A DNA stretch of 62,008 nt from an uncultured bacterium (GTDB taxonomy: Bacteria; Schekmanbacteria; GWA2-38-11; J061). The position numbers and the translations under genes are program-made. The notes under the pieces are model-generated. The model ran no database searches. It worked only from the letters and a program-made list of their open reading frames with translations, and was not told the DNA's origin. The DNA is taken from assembly GCA_964549305.1 (NCBI GenBank), contig CAZJVM010000008.1:1-62008 (forward strand), read 5' to 3'. This document shows positions 55,737-62,008 of the stretch, piece by piece; the first letter of the stretch is position 1; each line of letters begins with the position of its first letter.

Positions 55737-56648
55737 CTAACCCACGCTTAGTTTCTTTAGTATGAATTTGCCTGCAGTGTTGATGATAAAAGTAATAATG
55801 AGAAGGAGAAGCGCTATTTCAACGAGAGATGACAGATAAACATCGCCTGCCGCCTCGGCAAATTCGTTTGCGATAACGCTTGCCATTGTATTTGAAGGTG
55901 AAAATAAATTTTCGGGCAATACATTGGAATTTCCGATTACCATTGTTACAGCCATTGTTTCTCCCAATGCCCTGCCGAGGGCAAGAAGCATTCCCGCAAA
56001 TATTCCTGAACGGCAGTAAGGGATTATTATTTTTTTAATTACTTCGTATTTCGTTGCGCCGAGGGAATAGGCGGCTTCCTTTAAGTCCGAAGGCACCATT
56101 GTTATTACTTCTCTTGAAATCGATGCCGCATAGGGAATTATCATTATGGCAAGAATCACGGACGCGGTGAAAATGCCAACGCCATAGGGAATGACATCAA
56201 TTTTGATTTCAAGCTCCCTTACAAGCGGAACAATTATGAACAATCCCCAGAAACCGTATATTACAGAGGGAATGCCTGCCATTAACTCAATCATTGTGTT
56301 TACAACAACCGATATTTTCCCGTTTGCAAAGTATTCTCCGAGAAAAAGCGAAATCGCAATGGCAAAGGGTGTGCAGATTAAAAGCGACAAAAAAGCCGTC
56401 AAAAGCGTACCCACTGCAAAAGTAAGAGACCCGAATTCATTCTGAATTGGGTCCCACGCGCGTCCGGTCAAAAATCTGAAGCCGAATTCCTTTAAGGAAG
56501 GCAGTGAATTAAAAAGCAGAGAAGCGAATATTGCAAGAAAAAGGACGATGACAAAAAAACCTGAAATTGACAGGATTTTTTTGAATCCCGAACCTTCGCT
56601 TGCAGAAAGTTTTCGATTACCGGAAAATATGTTTTGCAGGATATCCAT
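55737..56648 (-). CDS. pstC: phosphate ABC transporter permease
   Basis: WDP...FG, ELMAGIPSVIYGFWG, EAAYSLGAT, LGRALGETMAVTMVIGN, IANEFAEA. Confidence 0.95.
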   Translation of the reverse strand: MDILQNIFSGNRKLSASEGSGFKKILSISGFFVIVLFLAIFASLLFNSLPSLKEFGFRFLTGRAWDPIQNEFGSLTFAVGTLLTAFLSLLICTPFAIAISLFLGEYFANGKISVVVNTMIELMAGIPSVIYGFWGLFIIVPLVRELEIKIDVIPYGVGIFTASVILAIMIIPYAASISREVITMVPSDLKEAAYSLGATKYEVIKKIIIPYCRSGIFAGMLLALGRALGETMAVTMVIGNSNVLPENLFSPSNTMASVIANEFAEAAGDVYLSSLVEIALLLLIITFIINTAGKFILKKLSVG

Positions 56649-56684
56649 AAGAATTGACTTTTATTTTCATAAGATAGCCCTTTG

Positions 56685-56728
56685 AAGTTAATTTCCGATT
56701 AAGCGAATGTTAAGATTGTGTTAAGTTT
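56685..56728 (-). promoter_or_regulatory. Pho-box-like direct repeat array upstream of pstC
   Basis: TTAA cores at 56688, 56699, 56710 and 56721 (exact 11-bp period; minus strand CTTAACA-like). Confidence 0.72.
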
Positions 56729-56970
56729 AGATCATTGCTGTATTATCAGCAAAGTTTAAACATTTGTATTGCTGTACTCCATATTATCTGTATCATCTGC
56801 AGTTAATTTTTATTTTTTTCTTTATGATCTTCATAATGCCTTATGGTAATTATTTGAGATTTTAATACAATCTCATTCTCCCAATATTTAAAGCTATTCA
56901 ATAAAAACAATATCTTAATCTGTGCTAAAAGTTGTTTTTAAAATACCTTAAATATCAGTGCGGCAAAATA

Positions 56971-57210
56971 TTATTTAAAAATAATACCTTCTTGAAAATT
57001 TTTATAGAATTCCTCTATTTCGTTCATATTTGTTTCTTTTTTCCCAAAAACTACAAGGACGGGAAGTTCCTTATCTTTTGGATGAATTACCGTACGCCAT
57101 TCATTAATTGATTTTTTTGTCTTTTTTAAAATAACATTTCTTTTTGCAGGATAAAATTGCTTAAAAAAAGTCATCTGCCTTATTATTCTTTTAACTTTCT
57201 TCATTCTCAA
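56971..57210 (-). CDS. hypothetical 79-aa protein in the AT-rich insert
   Basis: GGAG RBS upstream; co-oriented downstream of the kinase; no recognised motif. Confidence 0.4.
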   Translation of the reverse strand: MRMKKVKRIIRQMTFFKQFYPAKRNVILKKTKKSINEWRTVIHPKDKELPVLVVFGKKETNMNEIEEFYKNFQEGIIFK

Positions 57211-57253
57211 TTTTTCTCCATTTTAAAAATACAAACTTACCATAAATTTATTT

Positions 57254-59068
57254 TTAGTTAATCTGCCGTGCAGGAAGTTTTATGATAAAAATTGTACCTT
57301 CCTTCGGAGATGACACAAAATCTATTATACCTCCGTGTTTCTCTATCAGCGTTTGTGAAATTGATAAGCCCAATCCATTTTTTCCTGTTAATTTACTCGA
57401 AGTGAAATAAGGCTCAAAAACCTTTTCCTCTAAATCATTTATGATTTCACAGCCATTGTATTGGATAATTAGGGATGCATATTTTTTTCCGTCAATAGAA
57501 GTAGAAACGGAAATTTTACCGGGCTTTTTGTTGATTGAATGAAATGCATTAGAGATAATGTTAAAAAATGCATGACAGATTTCACCTACATTTCCATTAA
57601 TCATTATTGGAGAATCTGATATTTTTTTTTCGATAATAACATCACAAGCGCTGAATTGCTTTTCCAACGCCTCAATTATTTTTTTGATGTATCTGTTTAT
57701 ATTAAAATAAGTATAGTTTTTAAATGATGATTCTTTTGAAAACAACAGTAGTTCTTCAATAGTATTCTTACAAATTTTTCCTCCTTTTTCGGCGGTTTTT
57801 CTCCATTTGTTTCTTTTGCACTCTAATTCATTAAGCTTCTTAATTTTCAGTTCTATTAGATTGACAGTATTTTCATCCTGAGTATTATTTTTGCAGATTT
57901 TCAGAATTTCATTTATCGTGTTTCTAAATATCTCTTCAGCAGAATTAATCATTCCAAGATTTGTAACGACACCTGTTAACGGACTGTTCATTGTATGTGC
58001 TATTCCGCCTGCAATCCGTTTCAAAGCTGTAATTTTATCAGAGTGAATATTCTGCACCATGTCGCAGTCAATATTAGAGTTGTAATTATGAGGATTTCCT
58101 GACTCTTCATTTTGAAGGATGATATTTGCATCTGCGATTCCTGTTATCTCGGTAGTTTCAGAGATAAGCTCCAGATCCTTTTCAAATGATGATTCTTTTG
58201 AAAACAACAGAAGTTCTTCAATAATATTTGTACAAATTTTTCCTCCTTTTTCGGCGGTTTTTCTCCATTTGTTTCTTTTGCACTCTAATTCATTAAGCTT
58301 CTTAATTTTCAGTTCTATTAGATTGACAGTATTTTCATCCTGAGTATTATTTTTGCAGATTTTCAGAATTTCATTTATCGTGTTTCTAAATATCTCTTCA
58401 GCAGAATTAATCATTCCAAGATTTGTAACGACACCTGTTAACGGACTGTTCATTGTATGTGCTATTCCGCCTGCAATCCGTTTCAAAGCTGTAATTTTAT
58501 CAGAGTGAATATTCTGCACCATGTCGCAGTCAATATTAGAGTTGTAATTATGAGGATTTCCTGACTCTTCATTTTGAAGGATGATATTTGCATCTGCGAT
58601 TCCTGTTATCTCGGTAGTTTCAGAGATAAGCTCCAGATCCTTATCAAAAAATTCAGAACCGTCTTTTTTATTAATACTGAAAAAAATTCCAATTTTTTCA
58701 TTCCACAAATTTACTGGATAAATCACTAAATTAATCAGGGGAGGCAATGACTTTCTTGCTCTGTTTTCAACATCTTCATTAAAATCACAAAAATCAGATG
58801 GACTAAATGAATTTCTTATACAAGGTGCATTTTGTTTTAAAAATAAATATATTTTTTCAATGGAGTCGTAATCGCAATGCCTTATGAAATCATTAATGCC
58901 CTTTCCAAGTCCGAAATAAAGGAGTAAAGACTCGTTTCTTCTTTTTTGTGATTCAATAATTAAAGTGTGCGTTTCGCAGGGAATAATACCATTTATTTTT
59001 TGAAGGGCAATTTTTAAAAAATGGTGGAGATTTTGCTCTGAAAAGTTAGTTTTTTCGATTTCATTCAT
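57254..59068 (-). CDS. degenerate sensor histidine kinase (GAF-like + duplicated HisKA + HATPase)
   Basis: H-box IAGGIAHTMNSPL twice, N-box NIISNA, G1 degenerate (YNGCEI), F-box VFEPYFTS, G2 GLGLSIS. AT-rich. Confidence 0.75.
   Translation of the reverse strand: MNEIEKTNFSEQNLHHFLKIALQKINGIIPCETHTLIIESQKRRNESLLLYFGLGKGINDFIRHCDYDSIEKIYLFLKQNAPCIRNSFSPSDFCDFNEDVENRARKSLPPLINLVIYPVNLWNEKIGIFFSINKKDGSEFFDKDLELISETTEITGIADANIILQNEESGNPHNYNSNIDCDMVQNIHSDKITALKRIAGGIAHTMNSPLTGVVTNLGMINSAEEIFRNTINEILKICKNNTQDENTVNLIELKIKKLNELECKRNKWRKTAEKGGKICTNIIEELLLFSKESSFEKDLELISETTEITGIADANIILQNEESGNPHNYNSNIDCDMVQNIHSDKITALKRIAGGIAHTMNSPLTGVVTNLGMINSAEEIFRNTINEILKICKNNTQDENTVNLIELKIKKLNELECKRNKWRKTAEKGGKICKNTIEELLLFSKESSFKNYTYFNINRYIKKIIEALEKQFSACDVIIEKKISDSPIMINGNVGEICHAFFNIISNAFHSINKKPGKISVSTSIDGKKYASLIIQYNGCEIINDLEEKVFEPYFTSSKLTGKNGLGLSISQTLIEKHGGIIDFVSSPKEGTIFIIKLPARQIN
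57722..58645. repeat. 462-bp in-frame tandem duplication
   Basis: 57722-58183 and 58184-58645 are near-identical (5 mismatches by eye); the protein has a 154-aa repeat. Confidence 0.95.
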
Positions 59069-59128
59069 TTTTTTTAAAGAAAAAGTGCCTTAGCTGAATT
59101 ATTAACAAATATAAAAGTTATGAACATC

Positions 59129-59176
59129 ATATGGAAGCCTTATACATATTAAAATTTGCGTATAAGGCTTCCATAT
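59129..59176. terminator. 17-bp inverted repeat downstream of pstS (terminator or mRNA stabiliser)
   Basis: ATATGGAAGCCTTATAC / GTATAAGGCTTCCATAT with a 14-nt loop. Confidence 0.75.
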
Positions 59177-59195
59177 CATCTTTTTTTTATAACCT

Positions 59196-60251
59196 TTACT
59201 GCATTATTTGGGTGTTATTATAGGAGATTAATTTTATGTTTCTTTCCGCCTTTTTTCTCGCTGTTTCAGGTAGTGGTGCATAATCGAGCGGTTTAGTATA
59301 TTCCTGCCCTTCGTGAATCATCCACCAGAGAAGGTCAACGATATTTTTCGCCTTTTGCGCCGAATGCCCTTTATAGTTCTGGTTTTTATAAACGAGAATC
59401 CACGTAAATCCGGATATGGGATATCCCTGTGGCGCGCCGGTGTTTGTTATTGAAACTCTTGTATCATCGGGGATTTCAGTGTTTGCTGCAAGACTCGTAC
59501 TTTCAAGAGAAGGGGTAATGAAATTTCCGCTTTTATTTTGAAGCGATGCGGTTTTCATCCTGTTATGTATCGCGTAGGAAAGCTCGATGTATCCAATAGC
59601 GCCGGGTATCTGCTTTATCATTCCTGCAACGCCCTCATTTCCTTTTGCCCCGAGCCCTGCGGGCCAGTTGACTGATTTTCCCGCTCCCACCCTGGCATCC
59701 CACTCTGAGCTAATCTTTGCAAGGTAGTCTGTGAATATTGCAGAGGTGCCGCTTCCGTCGGAGCGATGAACAACGACAATCTTTACCGGAGGAAGCTTTA
59801 CACTGCCGTTTATGTTCTGAATTTTTTTGTCATTCCATCTGCTGATTTTCCCGAGAAATATGTCGGCAAGCACATCCGGTGTGAGCTTTATCTGGGGGTT
59901 ACCGAAAAGATTGTAGCTTACGGCAACGGCGCCGAGACAAGTGGGGATGTGAACTATTTCGGCAGGGGCTCTCTTAATGTCCGAATCTTTCAGGAACGCG
60001 TCGGATGCTCCGAAATCAACGGTTTTGCTGAAAATCTGCCTCACTCCCCCGCCGGAGCCGATTGACTGATAGTTAATCCTTATGCCGGTTTTTTTATTGT
60101 ACGCATCGAACATCTTTGAGTAGAGAGGGTAGGGGAATGTCGCCCCCGCGCCAAGAAGGTCTTTGTCAGATGCCCGGCTTTGGGTTGCCGGCACGAAGAG
60201 CAATGACGCGCTAAAGAGTGCCAGTAAAAGAAACTTTAAATATTTAATCAT
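59196..60251 (-). CDS. pstS: phosphate-binding protein
   Basis: GAGATFPYPLY, NYQSIGSGGG, DFGASD, RSDGSGTS, GAKGNEGV, YPISGFTW. Confidence 0.96.
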   Translation of the reverse strand: MIKYLKFLLLALFSASLLFVPATQSRASDKDLLGAGATFPYPLYSKMFDAYNKKTGIRINYQSIGSGGGVRQIFSKTVDFGASDAFLKDSDIKRAPAEIVHIPTCLGAVAVSYNLFGNPQIKLTPDVLADIFLGKISRWNDKKIQNINGSVKLPPVKIVVVHRSDGSGTSAIFTDYLAKISSEWDARVGAGKSVNWPAGLGAKGNEGVAGMIKQIPGAIGYIELSYAIHNRMKTASLQNKSGNFITPSLESTSLAANTEIPDDTRVSITNTGAPQGYPISGFTWILVYKNQNYKGHSAQKAKNIVDLLWWMIHEGQEYTKPLDYAPLPETARKKAERNIKLISYNNTQIMQ

Positions 60252-60271
60252 AAGTGAATCCTCCGTTTTTC

Positions 60272-61582
60272 TTAGAATTTAACAACAATGTCTGCCTGCA
60301 GCCAATTTATTTTGAGATTGTCTTTGCTTTCCTGCGACCTTGTGTTGAAGAGCGTCAGACCGAGTGAAGTGTTTTTAAAGAGCGCGTATTTTGCTGAAAT
60401 CTTGTGACCCTTTGCGTTTGTTCCGCCATCGTGAAAATCGGAATCCGAGATTATTGCCGGAGAAGCGTCTCTTTCAAGCTCTCTGTAGTTATAGGAAATT
60501 TCAAAATCACCGGGCTTTGTTATTTTCCCGATTTTTATTCCCGCAAGCCATCCCGTATTGTCGGCAACATCACTGACGATATTGTTTACGAAATCCGCGT
60601 GGAGTTTTATCGGAAATGTTCTGTCGAAGGCAGTGAATACAACGGGCGTAATTTCAACGGTGGGTTGGATTATTCTGTAATCATATTTGAAAGAACGCGT
60701 TCCGTCACTTGCCGTAACCAGAGTGTTTGTATCCTTTTGCTTTGAAGGGCTTATGTCTTCAAGCTTTGCGCCCTTCATATTGTGCCAGTCATAGTAGGTT
60801 ACCGCCGCTTTCATATTCATACCGAGAAGCTTATAGCTGAATCCGCCCTGAATTCCGTAAAGGGAAACATCGTTGGAGTCGGAGCTTGATTCGTCTATGG
60901 GGAAAAATGCCGCAGTCACAAAGGGGGTGAAACTTCCCAGAGTTTTGCTGAAATTTGCCGCAACACCTTCGGGGTTTATGTCCGAATCCCATACGAGGTC
61001 TGTTGTATAAAAGGGATTTTTCATTTTGCCGCCGATGAGCTTAAAGTCGGGATGAGGTGTGTATTCAAGAAAAGCGCGGTCTATCCAAAGATTCTTCTGA
61101 TTGAATGTATCCTGAAATGTCTGGTTTGTAGATGTCTGCTCACCGCTTCCCGTGGCAAAGCGCATTCCCACCTTCATCTTATCGTTAACGAGGGTTTCAA
61201 AACCGTAACGAAGCCTGAACCTTCCGCGATGGCGGTCAACTTTATCTTCACCATTCTCTTCGCCTTCCTGCCTTTCATATCTTAAGCGAAAATCACCTCC
61301 GAATTTCGTGTTTTTAATCCATCCGGGAAGTGCTGTGTCTTTTAGCGTTTCCTGCGCTTTTCCAACTTCCTCTTTTACCTGTGATGCCACAACCTGCCTC
61401 TGGGTTTCCTGCGTTTTGCTCTCCTCTTCCCATACTTCAGAAAGAATATTCTTCGCTTCTGTCTTCGAAATGATTTTTTTCTCTACCAGCTTGTTAACAA
61501 GAATATCCAAGGGGCTTGCAAAAGCGCAGATAGGACTTGCAATGGCAAAAACCAGTGCTAAGCAATACTTTAAACTTTTCAC
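60272..61582 (-). CDS. putative outer-membrane porin, probably phosphate-starvation induced
   Basis: Signal peptide, LVNKLVEKKII coiled N-domain, GDFRLRYE, RGRFRLR, STNQT, LVWDSDINPEG, C-terminal LQADIVVKF; lies upstream of pstS. Confidence 0.82.
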   Translation of the reverse strand: MKSLKYCLALVFAIASPICAFASPLDILVNKLVEKKIISKTEAKNILSEVWEEESKTQETQRQVVASQVKEEVGKAQETLKDTALPGWIKNTKFGGDFRLRYERQEGEENGEDKVDRHRGRFRLRYGFETLVNDKMKVGMRFATGSGEQTSTNQTFQDTFNQKNLWIDRAFLEYTPHPDFKLIGGKMKNPFYTTDLVWDSDINPEGVAANFSKTLGSFTPFVTAAFFPIDESSSDSNDVSLYGIQGGFSYKLLGMNMKAAVTYYDWHNMKGAKLEDISPSKQKDTNTLVTASDGTRSFKYDYRIIQPTVEITPVVFTAFDRTFPIKLHADFVNNIVSDVADNTGWLAGIKIGKITKPGDFEISYNYRELERDASPAIISDSDFHDGGTNAKGHKISAKYALFKNTSLGLTLFNTRSQESKDNLKINWLQADIVVKF

Positions 61583-61724
61583 TTCTGTCTCCTTGTTTTA
61601 ACTTTTATAAAGAACTTCCTGTACTTCCTTTGCTGAATGAATAGCGCTTCCCGTTTTTCTCACCTCCTTTCAGATTTTCGCGCGCCATACTTTTCTGTTT
61701 TCAAGAGACAGTAATAGTTGAGGA

Positions 61725-61768
61725 ATATTAAGATTAAATAAGGAGCGTGTTAATTTTCGGTTAAGTTT
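61725..61768 (-). promoter_or_regulatory. Pho-box-like direct repeat array upstream of the porin
   Basis: TTAA cores at 61728, 61750 and 61761 (11-bp register, one degenerate unit); ends GTTAAGTTT like the pstC array. Confidence 0.65.
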
Positions 61769-61810
61769 GAACGGAGTGTTTTTCAACTTCCTTTACTGCG
61801 GTTTCCCTCT

Positions 61811-62008
61811 TTGTCATCCCACAGACGCCCACCTTGTCATCCCACAGACACCCACTTTGTCATCCCCCGGCACTCTCTCTTTGTCATTGTCCGGCTTGAC
61901 CGGACAATCCAGTCCCACACCCGTCATCCTCCCGGCACCTCTTTTTGTTTGTCATCCCACAGCTCCGACCGGGGGAACCAACCCCCCACCTTGTCATCCC
62001 ACGACTTG
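61811..62008. repeat. array of GTCAT-initiated REP-like repeats
   Basis: (TT)GTCAT(CCC) units at about 61811, 61834, 61857, 61881, 61921, 61949 and 61991; one complete palindrome ATTGTCCGG-CTTGA-CCGGACAAT (61886-61908). Runs off the window end. Confidence 0.8.

Noticed and set aside
56740-59190. IS element or prophage remnant
   Set aside because: No transposase, integrase, terminal inverted repeats or phage genes were recognised; only the compositional shift is seen.
61811-62008. CRISPR array
   Set aside because: The constant part is only about 10 nt, the period is irregular (23-42 nt), the intervening sequences resemble each other, and there are no cas genes in the window.

Overview
A gene-dense 62 kb chromosomal segment from a Gram-negative, probably anaerobic bacterium (TonB receptor, porin, tungsten-type AOR, many Hdr genes). 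Blocks, left to right: (1) 243-9486: a stand-alone E2 acyltransferase catalytic domain, SDR, CaiC-like acyl-CoA ligase, ferredoxin, HdrA-MvhD fusion, AOR with its Fe-S subunit, and a MoaD-like carrier. (2) A heme-c sensor-like gene and a sugar (trehalose/maltose-type) ABC importer. (3) 15061-26344: a large heterodisulfide-reductase-like cluster hdrC-hdrB-hdrA'-hdrA''-mvhD-hdrL-mvhD-hdrC-hdrB. It is followed by an LbpA/GcvH-type lipoyl carrier, a fused lipoate ligase, LipS2/LipS1 radical SAM enzymes and a TIGR04076 protein. (4) 30528-41563: an uncharacterised, mostly exported cluster with a TonB receptor, Lys-rich FN3 protein, DUF169 fusion, signal-peptide HemF-like protein, MBL hydrolase, Tat DUF362, bilin-reductase-like protein and two Tat Cys-motif paralogues. 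(5) treT/otsB osmoprotection genes, housekeeping genes (trpF, ruvX, mltG, U32), a cytochrome c and an S8 protease. (6) A porin-pstSCAB-phoU locus with two Pho-box arrays, split by an AT-rich degenerate histidine kinase carrying a 462-bp tandem duplication, then a REP-like GTCAT repeat array at the window end. The two best candidates for undescribed systems are a lipoyl-protein/Hdr redox relay (E2 without a lipoyl domain, LbpA, and Hdr in place of E3) and the exported cluster enriched in tetrapyrrole-enzyme folds. All family calls come from motif recognition by eye; no database search was run. No rRNA, tRNA, CRISPR array or transposase was recognised.
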